A stretch of DNA of 56,048 bases from an uncultured bacterium (GTDB lineage Bacteria; CAYUVA01). Made by a program: the position numbers and the translations under genes. Below the pieces are notes generated by a model. The model worked only from the letters and a program-made list of their open reading frames with translations, did no database searches and was not told the DNA's origin. The stretch is taken from assembly GCA_964448115.1 (NCBI GenBank), contig CAYUVA010000030.1, forward strand, positions 1 to 56,048, read 5' to 3'. Below are positions 39,955 to 48,840 of the stretch, piece after piece; the first letter of the stretch is position 1; each line of letters opens with the position of its first letter.

Positions 39955-41085
39955 CTATTCAGGATTTATTATCGCTTTTTTAGGCACCTCCAGGTTGCAG
40001 CATCCCAGGCAGCCCTTGAATGCTCCGACTTGCTTCAATTTAGCTCGGAAGCCGCCACTCTTCGGTGAGCGCCAGGCATCCATCAAAGACATGTCCTTGA
40101 TATTGCCAGCCATGAAAAATGGACAAAGAAACACCTCGCCATAAGCGGAGACATAGACCTTGCTCCAGGGCGCCATGCAATAGCAGGCTGTAACATCTAT
40201 ATTGCCGGCATAGTATTCCTGCATGATCTGAGGTGTGAAGCTGAAGGGTGTGAAGCGAACCTGTGTGTTGCTATGTTTGCCGCGTTCTATTACCGCCTTA
40301 AGTTGCCTTTTGAGCAAGGTGAGATCATCGAAGCTGACCTTATGTTCCACTTGAGAATCTGCCGAGGGATCATCGAAGCGGAGCCTCTGGCTATGAGCTT
40401 CCAGGCGCTGGTATGCCATGAGGTTATAAAAATCGAGCTCCAGGCTCTCGGCAAGTTTATGAAGTTCGGGCAGATCCTCCAGGTTCTCCGGCAGCACGAC
40501 TACCTTCAGGGCGAGGAGCGGATACCTCATAGCCTTGTTCTTCCTGGTCTGTGCCAACCTGCGCAGGTTTTCAACCACCTTATCGAATGCGCCCCTGTGC
40601 CTTGAGATGCTGTCATGATGTTCCTTTATCCCGTGTATGCTGACCTCCAGGAGGACAAGCCCCTTGCCAAAGGCATTTTTAGGTGCCAATTCAAGCAATT
40701 TCGATGCAGAATCCTCACCTAGGAGTAATCCATTTGTGATGAGATGGATTTTACGCCGAGCAGCAGCATAGCTTGCGATATCGATGAAATCGCTGCGCAG
40801 CATCGGCTCTCCGCCGGTGAGGGTGATTACGCTATTTGCTGGCGTCTGATCGACAATTCCTTTTATCTGCTCCAAAGTCATCTCATTGGCGCGCATTTTG
40901 TCATGCTTTTTCTGGCCATTACTCGACTCGTACTGATAGAACTGGCACATGGTGCAGTGCATGTTGCATCGGTAAGTAAGCTCGATCATTACAAACAGCG
41001 GTGCAAAAGCGCTCGAAGGTCGTAGATAGTAAGGGAGGGATGCGTAAAGTTTATTACCAAGATGATATAGTCTAGCTAATCGCAA
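39955..41085 (-). CDS. Radical SAM protein with SPASM/Twitch domain
   Basis: ELTYRCNMHCTMC; LTGGEPM; ITNG; C-terminal CMAPW...GEVFLC...GNI...CLGCC. Confidence 0.9.
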   Translation of the reverse strand: MRLARLYHLGNKLYASLPYYLRPSSAFAPLFVMIELTYRCNMHCTMCQFYQYESSNGQKKHDKMRANEMTLEQIKGIVDQTPANSVITLTGGEPMLRSDFIDIASYAAARRKIHLITNGLLLGEDSASKLLELAPKNAFGKGLVLLEVSIHGIKEHHDSISRHRGAFDKVVENLRRLAQTRKNKAMRYPLLALKVVVLPENLEDLPELHKLAESLELDFYNLMAYQRLEAHSQRLRFDDPSADSQVEHKVSFDDLTLLKRQLKAVIERGKHSNTQVRFTPFSFTPQIMQEYYAGNIDVTACYCMAPWSKVYVSAYGEVFLCPFFMAGNIKDMSLMDAWRSPKSGGFRAKLKQVGAFKGCLGCCNLEVPKKAIINPE

Positions 41086-41155
41086 TAAATATCTCTCGAA
41101 TTATTGGTGGATTCATCAACTATTTAATGAGATCATCCGATTATACCAGCGAAAC

Positions 41156-41191
41156 AACTAGAAACCAGATAACTAGAAACTATAAAACTAG
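41156..41191 (+). repeat. Degenerate 7-8-nt tandem repeat (AACTAGA)n downstream of jag
   Basis: aactagaaaccagataactagaaactataaaactag; AACTAGAAAC at 41156 and 41171. Confidence 0.6.
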
Positions 41192-41889
41192 ATTCTCGGC
41201 GGTCTTTTTCGTGTTTTCTTGTTTGTCCTGCCCCGCCTGGTTCTGCCAAGCGAGTTTTTTATCTTCTTTGGGGCGATCTCAACTCTTTTCAGGAATCCAT
41301 CTCCCTTGCTCTTGGTAACGACCGCCGCATCGTCCCTGAGGGTAATGTGGACAATTCTTCTGTCGTGTGGGTTCATTCTATCGGTCAATATGGACTTGCC
41401 CGATTTTTTTACTTTCTGCGCAAGCTCGAGGGATAGTTCCTCGATATTTTTCTGCCTTTTGTGCAGGTAATCCTCAGCATCGACCACGAAGTAGAACTTC
41501 TCATCGGAGTCTCGGTTCGTAACCCTTGTAACCAGGTGCTGTAGGGCGTTGATCGTCTCTCCACCTTTGCCGATGATCAGCCCTCCACTGTCGCTGTAGA
41601 TGTCGAGGTAAATGTGATCTGCCTCCTGTCGTACCTTGATATCAGCGTTTATGCCGAGTAATTCCATTACCTCATTTATGAGGGCTTTTGCTTTTCTGAT
41701 AAGCGGTGTCGCCGTGTTGAAGGAGACCTGGATCTTGGCGTTTTGTTTGTTGAAGCCGAGGATTCCCTTGCTACCCTCCTCGATCACCGTGTACTCGATG
41801 TCATCTGGTGTAACACCTAAGGTCTTACATGCGTTTTTCACAGCTTCTTCGATGGTCTTGCCTTCAGCCTCGATTTCGATGATCCTCAT
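41188..41889 (-). CDS. jag: RNA-binding protein Jag/EloR/KhpB
   Basis: Jag_N (GKTIEEAV...GSKGILG), KH (LIIGKGGETINALQ), R3H (RRIVH); follows yidC. Confidence 0.95.
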   Translation of the reverse strand: MRIIEIEAEGKTIEEAVKNACKTLGVTPDDIEYTVIEEGSKGILGFNKQNAKIQVSFNTATPLIRKAKALINEVMELLGINADIKVRQEADHIYLDIYSDSGGLIIGKGGETINALQHLVTRVTNRDSDEKFYFVVDAEDYLHKRQKNIEELSLELAQKVKKSGKSILTDRMNPHDRRIVHITLRDDAAVVTKSKGDGFLKRVEIAPKKIKNSLGRTRRGRTNKKTRKRPPRI

Positions 41890-41910
41890 AGTTGAATAAC
41901 CTCCTTGCTG

Positions 41911-43677
41911 CTAGGCACGCTTCCTTTTCTTGCCGATCGATTTTGCCAGATCATCATTTTCAGTCATTTTCTTTCGTCTTGATTTAGCCTGTTTTCCATC
42001 CTTCTCCTTTCGGTTGATCAGGGCTTGTTGTGCGATGGAGAGCATGTTATTTGCCAGCCAGTATATGACCAGTCCGGAGGGGAAATTCAAGAACAGGAAG
42101 GTAAAGAAGATAGGCATGATCAGCATGATCCTCGCCTGCCGGGGATCCCCTGAGGTAGGCGACATCAATTGCTGGGCAAGCATGGAAACGCCCATGATGA
42201 TTGGAGTGATGTAATAGGGATCCTTTGCAGATAGATCCTTGAGCCAAAAGATAAAGGGAGCGTGTCTTAGCTCGATGGATACAAGTAGTACATTATATAG
42301 TGCAATAAAAATCGGCAGTTGAATAAGTATCGGCAAACAACCGCCCATAGGGTTGACATTGTATTTCTTATACAACTCGGTAAGCTCCTTGTTCAGCTTG
42401 ACCGGATCTTTCTTGTACTTGCGACGCAGATCCTGGATCTGGGGATTCAGTGCCTGCATCTTCTTCATCGACTGCATCTGTTTCTGAGTAGGCAGATAGA
42501 GCACCAGCTTGATGACTATGGTTATTATTATTATTGCCCAGCCCCAGTTGTGGGTGTATCGATAGAAGAACTGGAGCATAATGAACAATGGATGAGCGAT
42601 GAAGCCGAATATGCCGTAGTCAACTACCTTATTAAAGTTGCTCCCCACTAGCTTCAGGTGATCCAGGTCTTTGGGACCGATATAAACCTTAGCCTTTACC
42701 CTGTAGCTCTCGGTCGGCGAGATGGAGACCTCCGGAAGCTGCACCTCAAGATAGCTGTGCTCATCATCGATCTTATGAAAGGTTACATATTGTTCACGGC
42801 TAGGATTCAAGATTATACCACCGATGAAGTAGGAAGCCTCGTAGGCAGCCCAACCGAGATGCCCTCGGTATGGCGGGGCTATTCCAGCCTTGGTGAAATC
42901 GACCTTCTTTGCCTTATTTCCAACCCCGACAAGGAATCCGAACCTGCCGCCATACCTGCCCATCATTCCACCTTCATTCTGTCCTAAGTCGGGAGCAAAG
43001 GAGTTGCCCAATACCAGTCCAGGGAGATCACGCAGCTTGCTATTTGTATAGTTTTCAATTTTGATACCAGTAATTATATCGTAGCTTGTGCCGTTGAAGG
43101 TGTATTCTCTGGTGATCTTGAAGCCATCCTCGGTTATGCGGATCAGGTTGATGGTAACCTTGCCTCCTTTGGGCACCGATACTTTATCTCCCATAGAGTC
43201 TTGAGGTATGTAAATGCCCTTGTTTATCTGTCGTGAAAGCGAGGTCGATGCCAGCTTGATATCAAAGGAATCCGGCTCGTCTTCCACTGGTCGTTTTGAG
43301 AACATCTCGATGGGGTCGCCACCCAGCTCGTCCAGGTGCTTGAGCAGGCGAAAACTGACCATCCTGGCACCTTTTGTGCTTATAAGCGCACGATATAAAG
43401 GAGTTTGGACAGTGATATACCTCTCGGTGGCTTGGAGCTGCTCTTCGGGGATGCTGGGCGCGGTAATATTTTGATCGATCCTTCCTACAACCTCAGGTTC
43501 CTTATCAGCTACTTGTCTTATTTGATCAGCCTGGAAGGTGCGATTGGCATCAAAGGGCTGGGTTCGTTGTGCCGTTTCATAGGCGACGCGCTGTTGTGCC
43601 TGCTTCAGGTTATAGTACTGGAAGGCGAAAAGCACCAGCAAGATCAGTAAAATTGCAAGTATAGAATTCTTATCCAT
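41911..43677 (-). CDS. yidC: Membrane protein insertase YidC (long periplasmic-domain form)
   Basis: YIGPK, VDYG, NWGWAII, SMKKMQ, NPMGGCLP.LIQLPIF, WLKDLS.KDP, FPSGLVIYW. Confidence 0.97.
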   Translation of the reverse strand: MDKNSILAILLILLVLFAFQYYNLKQAQQRVAYETAQRTQPFDANRTFQADQIRQVADKEPEVVGRIDQNITAPSIPEEQLQATERYITVQTPLYRALISTKGARMVSFRLLKHLDELGGDPIEMFSKRPVEDEPDSFDIKLASTSLSRQINKGIYIPQDSMGDKVSVPKGGKVTINLIRITEDGFKITREYTFNGTSYDIITGIKIENYTNSKLRDLPGLVLGNSFAPDLGQNEGGMMGRYGGRFGFLVGVGNKAKKVDFTKAGIAPPYRGHLGWAAYEASYFIGGIILNPSREQYVTFHKIDDEHSYLEVQLPEVSISPTESYRVKAKVYIGPKDLDHLKLVGSNFNKVVDYGIFGFIAHPLFIMLQFFYRYTHNWGWAIIIITIVIKLVLYLPTQKQMQSMKKMQALNPQIQDLRRKYKKDPVKLNKELTELYKKYNVNPMGGCLPILIQLPIFIALYNVLLVSIELRHAPFIFWLKDLSAKDPYYITPIIMGVSMLAQQLMSPTSGDPRQARIMLIMPIFFTFLFLNFPSGLVIYWLANNMLSIAQQALINRKEKDGKQAKSRRKKMTENDDLAKSIGKKRKRA

Positions 43678-43699
43678 TGTGCCTCATTATCCATTTTAT

Positions 43700-43912
43700 C
43701 TAGGGAACCGGGTCATAGCCGCCAGCATTGAAAGGATGGCACTTCAGTACCCTCCGCAACCCCAGCAAGCCCCCTTTCAATAGCCCGTAGCGCTCGATAG
43801 CCGTAGCTGCATAATCCGAACAGGTTGGATAGAAACGGCAGCTTGGGGGTATGATCGGCGATATGAAACGTTTATATAGCCGCAAGATCAAAAGTCCTAT
43901 CTTTTTACCCAT
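43700..43912 (-). CDS. yidD: Membrane protein insertion efficiency factor YidD
   Basis: ISP...[11 protein letters not shown]...KCHPF..GGYDPVP. Confidence 0.96.
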   Translation of the reverse strand: MGKKIGLLILRLYKRFISPIIPPSCRFYPTCSDYAATAIERYGLLKGGLLGLRRVLKCHPFNAGGYDPVP

Positions 43913-43924
43913 AGGTCATCCCCT

Positions 43925-44302
43925 TCAAGATCTCAGGATACCAGCTTTTGAAAGAAGCCTGGTCAATTCGTCATCGAGCTGCCAGTAATCCATGCCTGCG
44001 GTCTTCTCGCCGAGGATGATCGCTATATCTAGGCTTTCTGCCAGTTGGTCATATCTTCTGTTGAACACCATATCCTTTATCCTTCTTTTGACCTTGTTTC
44101 TGATCACTGCCTTGCCGAGCCTTTTAGGCGCAATCACCGCCAGCCTTGTATATCCGAGTTGATTAGGAACAAAGCGCATGCTCAAGTTAGTTGTGCTTAC
44201 CCTCCTCCCTTGCCTGAAGATGCGCTGGAAATCACGCTTTAGATGAAGCTTTTTTTGGTTGTGCTTGCGCAATGATATCAACATCAGGCTACCAGGGAGC
44301 AT
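43925..44302 (-). CDS. rnpA: Ribonuclease P protein component
   Basis: DFQRIFRQG; RNR-like motif KRLGKAVIRNKVKRR; sits between rpmH and yidD. Start uncertain. Confidence 0.92.
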   Translation of the reverse strand: MLPGSLMLISLRKHNQKKLHLKRDFQRIFRQGRRVSTTNLSMRFVPNQLGYTRLAVIAPKRLGKAVIRNKVKRRIKDMVFNRRYDQLAESLDIAIILGEKTAGMDYWQLDDELTRLLSKAGILRS

Positions 44303-44437
44303 CTAAGGGGTCAGCCTTTTTCTTCCCTTGGCTCGTCTTCTTTTGAGCACTTCCCTTCCAGCTCTGGTCTTCATTCGTTTCCTGAAGCCATGTGTTCTTT
44401 TCCTAGTGTAGTTATTGGGTTGAAAGGTTCGCTTCAA
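44303..44437 (-). CDS. rpmH: 50S ribosomal protein bL34 (below the ORF-track size cutoff)
   Basis: TTG start after AAAGGAG; translates [44 protein letters not shown]-stop (44 aa). Confidence 0.97.
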   Translation of the reverse strand: MKRTFQPNNYTRKRTHGFRKRMKTRAGREVLKRRRAKGRKRLTP

Positions 44438-44536
44438 TTTTTCTGATCACTCCTTTTTACTGCTGTAATTAGTTCACTTTATTGCCCGGTAGTTCTGCCT
44501 AAAAGTATGTCAACCATGCCTGGGATAGTGAAAAGG

Positions 44537-44893
44537 TTATTGCAGGTGTTGTTTGGCGGTCTGCACCAGTTCCTCGAAGGTCTCTGGGTTATGCAGGGCG
44601 ATCTCGCTGAGCACGCTTCTATCCAGCTCTATTCCAGCCTTTTTTATGCCATAAATGAACCTGCTGTAGGAGATATCGAAGTTGCTCAATGCAGCATTTA
44701 TTCTGGTAATCCAAAGCCTTCTGAAGACTCTTTTTTTCGCCTTACGGTCTCGATATGCATATACCCACGCCCTCTGAACCGCTTCTTTTGCGGTGCGGTG
44801 CAGGTTTTTCCTTCTGCCCCAGTATCCCTCGGCGTGCTTCAGTATCCTCTTTCTTCTTTGGGCTCTTCTTGGTCCGCCCTTTACTCTAGCCAT
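44537..44893 (-). CDS. rplT: 50S ribosomal protein bL20
   Basis: MARVKGG, YAYRDRKAKKR.FRRLWITRINAA, SYSRFI. Confidence 0.97.
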   Translation of the reverse strand: MARVKGGPRRAQRRKRILKHAEGYWGRRKNLHRTAKEAVQRAWVYAYRDRKAKKRVFRRLWITRINAALSNFDISYSRFIYGIKKAGIELDRSVLSEIALHNPETFEELVQTAKQHLQ

Positions 44894-44914
44894 ATTATTA
44901 TGACCCCCTGGTGT

Positions 44915-45112
44915 TTATAGTCCGGGAAACAGCTTTTTTAATTTCTTTATATCACTGCCAGAGACAATAAGCGGTTTTCTGAGCTTTCTTTTTCTGCTGG
45001 CTGATTTCTTGGTCAAGAAGTGACCTCTACCGCTGTGGTAAGCCATAAGCTTACCGCTGCTAGTTTCCTTGAACCGCTTGGCAGCGCTCCTGTTCGTCTT
45101 CACCTTGGGCAT
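44915..45112 (-). CDS. rpmI: 50S ribosomal protein bL35
   Basis: MPKVKTNRSAAKRFK, H.LTKKS..RKRKLR. Confidence 0.97.
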   Translation of the reverse strand: MPKVKTNRSAAKRFKETSSGKLMAYHSGRGHFLTKKSASRKRKLRKPLIVSGSDIKKLKKLFPGL

Positions 45113-45219
45113 ATCGTTTCCCTCATTTCCAATGATTTAGTTCTGCAAAATCTAAAGTTTAATGCAGAGAATATAAAAATGCAATAGCAGGATCTGCCAG
45201 GGGTGGATTCAAGTTTTGA

Positions 45220-45247
45220 TTGATTTATTTTTCATTGAATATATAAT
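45220..45247 (+). promoter_or_regulatory. Candidate sigma70 promoter for 45334..46302
   Basis: TTGATT-N16-TATAAT. Confidence 0.45.
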
Positions 45248-45333
45248 ACCTTGCGAATGTTGAATAATCGCCACCGTTAAAAGAACGAACGGTTGAATGG
45301 CTCATCTTCGGGAATAATAAAGGGAGAAAAGCA

Positions 45334-46302
45334 ATGAAATATACCAGGACTAACTCACCTTTTACGGGGGCAGCCAACCTGAGCCTTGCTCCATTTATAA
45401 TCATAAGCATGGCATTGCTAGCTGGATTATGCTTTGCAGCCGAGGCGAAGGCTCCGGCTGCCAAGGGGGATCTCCCCTTTCCACCAGCGAAGATATACGC
45501 GGCCGGCTTCATGCAAAGCTATGTAACCTCCGCTGATGGGGGCGGGGTCTGGATCTGGGCTTACGCGCCGGAGCTTCTGGCTGGCAAGCAGGTCGAGGTC
45601 TATTACCAGGGGGTCCCTTTCAATCTTATGATACCGGTCCATGATGCGCAGGCGGGGATTTTCTTTCTGGAGGACTATTACTTCCCCCCAGGAATGGAGC
45701 CGGGTAATGCATTACTAGAGCTTTATCCCAGAGACGCCCTACCTCGTCAGATAATTCCCTGGCCTTATCTGCACTGCGAGGGGGTTCCAATACCTACAGC
45801 AACCCCGACAGTTACTCCGACCCCAGGACCTGCCACTCCGACCCCGATTTATACGCCCACGCCGACCGGCACCCCTTGTCCACCCCTTGATGGCTGCTGG
45901 TCATTATATGTAGTGCTCAATGGCTGCGGGGGAGATCCCAGCTTCGTGTGTAACCTTTTCCCCCAGCTCGTCCCAGAGGTTACCGGCTTGATGGAACTGC
46001 ATGATGACCAGGGAACGGTTACCGCCACCGTCCAGGTAGAGTTCCAGGGAGAGAAGTACATGGGCGATGCGACCGGTACCTATGATTGCGGGAACCTTGA
46101 GCTATCATCGCGCATAGAGATCCATTCCGAGAGCATGGACGGAACCCTGGAGCTATTCATACGGGCGCAGGTTACCGAAGGCAGCATGGATGGAACGGTC
46201 GATACTTATGCATGGGGCACTTATGAGGGGATCGCTTTTGATTGCAACTGCGATGCGGTGCTAACAGCGAGCTTCATCAGCACCGATCCCTGCGATTTTT
46301 AG
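45334..46302 (+). CDS. Secreted two-domain protein with Pro/Thr linker and Cys-rich beta-barrel
   Basis: GGGAG RBS; signal peptide; N-domain similar to the C-terminus of 5256..7901; PTATPTVTPTP linker; LDGCW-initiated beta-rich domain with 8 Cys. Confidence 0.85.
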   Translation: MKYTRTNSPFTGAANLSLAPFIIISMALLAGLCFAAEAKAPAAKGDLPFPPAKIYAAGFMQSYVTSADGGGVWIWAYAPELLAGKQVEVYYQGVPFNLMIPVHDAQAGIFFLEDYYFPPGMEPGNALLELYPRDALPRQIIPWPYLHCEGVPIPTATPTVTPTPGPATPTPIYTPTPTGTPCPPLDGCWSLYVVLNGCGGDPSFVCNLFPQLVPEVTGLMELHDDQGTVTATVQVEFQGEKYMGDATGTYDCGNLELSSRIEIHSESMDGTLELFIRAQVTEGSMDGTVDTYAWGTYEGIAFDCNCDAVLTASFISTDPCDF

Positions 46303-46426
46303 GGGATTATTTTTATCAGTAAAGGAGCTTGGAATTGCATTCGTGGGAGAAAGTCTTATGTGAACTGGAGCTTATCCTGTAAATCGTACCGAGCTGTTTA
46401 ATTAGATTCTTGACTCGATAATCGAT

Positions 46427-47146
46427 ATGACCAAGGTGCAAGCGCTTATAAAACTGATAAAAGACAATGGTGGAGCCGCCTCATGGCAATATATCTATGA
46501 CAATATAGAGAAATATTATCCCGCAGCAAAGGCATCCAAGGATTGGGAGGCAGGGCTTAGGGGCGTATTATACAGAGAGATAAAAAACAACCGTAGCTTC
46601 AAGCGAATCGGATTCGGTGTTTATGCTTTGCTTGACTATCAAGAGGAAAATACCACAAAAGAGATTCAAAAGGACAAGGTGCGTGTCCATTCCTATATTG
46701 AGGGTTTGCTGGTGGAGCTAGGCAACTATGAAAAGTTCGATACATATTGTGCAGATCCCAACGCTACCTTTAAGGCTAATGTATCAATAGGACAGCTTAC
46801 AACAGTGCGAGAATTCCCTGAATTCACCTATCCTGAGATAATCTCAGTCGCTAAAAGGATCGATGTAATCTGGTTCAATCGTAAAGGATATAAATTCCCT
46901 AGAAAGGTCTTTGAGGTAGTAGAAAGCATCGGCACAATCGGGGAATCTTTAAATAGAATATACCAGCTCAAGGAATTTCAAGCTGAATTATTTGTGATAA
47001 CTCAAGCAAAATATCAAAATAAAATCATTAACATTTTAAAGCGTGAACCATATTTCATATATAGCAATCTTTTCAAGGTAAAAAGCTATGATGAAATTAT
47101 CAATTATTATCAAAAAAGATTAGAATTAGAAAAGTTGAAACTTTAA
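46427..47146 (+). CDS. Putative winged-helix + PD-(D/E)xK restriction-like nuclease, low GC
   Basis: N-terminal wHTH-like segment ending FKRIGFGVYAL; C-terminal HS.IEG.LVELG...RIDVIWF...VFEV pattern. Confidence 0.65.
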   Translation: MTKVQALIKLIKDNGGAASWQYIYDNIEKYYPAAKASKDWEAGLRGVLYREIKNNRSFKRIGFGVYALLDYQEENTTKEIQKDKVRVHSYIEGLLVELGNYEKFDTYCADPNATFKANVSIGQLTTVREFPEFTYPEIISVAKRIDVIWFNRKGYKFPRKVFEVVESIGTIGESLNRIYQLKEFQAELFVITQAKYQNKIINILKREPYFIYSNLFKVKSYDEIINYYQKRLELEKLKL

Positions 47147-47231
47147 GTTTATTAAAATTTCATTTAGGAAATGCAAAAATGGTTATCATTGATTGATGGT
47201 TTACTTATCAAAGACTCTTTCAAATCTGCCT

Positions 47232-47260
47232 TTGACATTGGGCATTTGTTATCATATCTT
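47232..47260 (+). promoter_or_regulatory. Sigma70-type promoter of the sulfatase-like gene
   Basis: TTGACA-N17-TATCTT. Confidence 0.55.
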
Positions 47261-47328
47261 CCTTTATATAAAGTGCAAGATTGCATAAAATCTAGAAGTC
47301 AACTAAAAAATTAGCAACCAAATACGAG

Positions 47329-48603
47329 ATGAGAAAAGCTAGTTTTTTTATAATTATCGTTACAGGGATGTTATATTATGCGCTCTCTGCTGCACAGGAT
47401 AAGCCGAATGTGATCCTGATCAGCGTCGATACCTTGCGGGCAGATGCTGTGAACCAACAAAACATGCCTTATTTGACTGAATGGTCAAAGGATTGCCTGA
47501 TCTTCAGTCGCACAGTAAGCCAGGCGCCGCATACCTCGCCGAGCCACATGACTATGTTAACCAGCCTCTACCCTGGGGTTCATCGTATCTATAATTATTC
47601 GCAAGATGGCTCTGGAGAGCTCAAGGGATACTATCTGAGCAAAGGCATAACCACATTGGCTGAGGTTCTAAAGGAGCATGGATATGCGACCAGGGCGTTC
47701 ACTGCCGGGGTGAATGTTACTGGCTGTTTTGGCTTCAACCGCGGATTCTTAGACTATGGAGAGAATGACCTGCTTGATCCGCTGGTTGAGAATTATACAC
47801 CCTCCATGGAGCCGGTAACCAAGTGGATCCAGGCGCAAAAGGTCCCGTATTTCGTATTTTTCCATACCTTCGTCTGCCACGCCGGGTATGATCCTCCTGC
47901 CATGTTCAAGCCACCACCACCTGCAACCCAGAAAGACCTGTACCTGGGCGAAGTAAAATATGTTGACCATCAGATCGGTAAATGGCTATTGAAGCTGAAA
48001 AGCTCTGGTGAGCTTGATAACACGATTGTTTTCTTTACTAGCGATCATGGCGAGGAGTTCAAGGAGCATGGTCGCATCAGCCACAACCAGTTCTACGAGG
48101 AGGTTTTACGGGTACCGCTGATAATCCATCACCCTCGAATCAAGCCTCAAACCGTATCTACCCTGGTAAGGCTCATCGATATAATGCCCACCATACTCGA
48201 TTGGGTAGGTGCTCCGATCCCCCAGCAAGCGCAAGGCAAGCCTATCTCTGTTACGGAAGCTACGGACAGGATCGCCTATTCGGATATCTATTTCATCAGT
48301 CATGGCGACCTGGCGGGACCGACAGTTTCCATAACCACCTCTACTTACAAATATATTTATATAACCAATTGTTACGGGCGTTTGAGCCATGTCGAGCTGT
48401 ACAATCTTGTCGAAGATCCTGAAGAGGTAGTAAATATCGTGGGTAAAGAGAAGGACATCGCTTTTAATTTCAAAACCAAGGTAGAGGAATTCATTCGAGC
48501 CTGCGAACAAAAGGCGCAGGAGTTGGGAAGCAGCACAATCAAGTCTCATACTCCTACCGCGTCTGCTCTTGAAAAGCTAAAGAGCTTGGGCTACCTGAAA
48601 TAG
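47329..48603 (+). CDS. Secreted sulfatase-like protein (alkaline phosphatase superfamily)
   Basis: Signal peptide; PNVILISVDTLRAD; TSPSHMTMLTSLYP; TSDHGEEF.EHG; ELYNL..DP.E; LKSLGYL tail. Confidence 0.88.
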   Translation: MRKASFFIIIVTGMLYYALSAAQDKPNVILISVDTLRADAVNQQNMPYLTEWSKDCLIFSRTVSQAPHTSPSHMTMLTSLYPGVHRIYNYSQDGSGELKGYYLSKGITTLAEVLKEHGYATRAFTAGVNVTGCFGFNRGFLDYGENDLLDPLVENYTPSMEPVTKWIQAQKVPYFVFFHTFVCHAGYDPPAMFKPPPPATQKDLYLGEVKYVDHQIGKWLLKLKSSGELDNTIVFFTSDHGEEFKEHGRISHNQFYEEVLRVPLIIHHPRIKPQTVSTLVRLIDIMPTILDWVGAPIPQQAQGKPISVTEATDRIAYSDIYFISHGDLAGPTVSITTSTYKYIYITNCYGRLSHVELYNLVEDPEEVVNIVGKEKDIAFNFKTKVEEFIRACEQKAQELGSSTIKSHTPTASALEKLKSLGYLK

Positions 48604-48642
48604 GAGGAGGCACCAAGGTGGGGGCATTTTTGATGACACAAT

Positions 48643-48840
48643 GTCATTCCGCGCCGGCGGGAATACAGTTTCGAGGCAGACTACAGGGGGTGAGGGAGCA
48701 GGGAAAAATGATCCCTCGCACTTTGCTGCTCATCTCCTTTGCGTTCTTTGCGTCTTTGCGTGATCAAGTCTTTCTTTCCTGCGCCTTGGCGAGCGCTTCT
48801 TTTCCTCATTTCCTCTTTGCATCTTTGCGCCTTTGCGTGA
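48643..48840 (+). repeat. Intergenic repeat cluster: ATTCC-N8-GGGAAT palindrome plus two (CTTTGCG)n arrays
   Basis: GTCATTCCGCGCCGGCGGGAAT at 48643-48664; CTTTGCG x3 at 48737-48763; CTTTGCR x3 at 48815-48840; both arrays end CTTTGCGTGA. Confidence 0.8.

Noticed and set aside
39955-41085. SPASM radical SAM as a RiPP maturase
   Set aside because: No credible precursor peptide or RRE/PqqD domain nearby; the context points more to sugar or envelope chemistry.
44438-44536. oriC/DnaA boxes expected upstream of rpmH
   Set aside because: The spacer is only 99 nt, has no TTATCCACA-like boxes, and rplT rather than dnaA lies upstream.
45140-45170. TCTGCA...TGCAGA hairpin upstream of rpmI as an L20 leader
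   Set aside because: Only a 6-bp stem; I cannot match it to the L20 leader consensus without a covariance search.
27868-48840. CTTTGCG arrays as a possible CRISPR
   Set aside because: Units are 7-9 nt with no unique spacers, and no cas genes are present.
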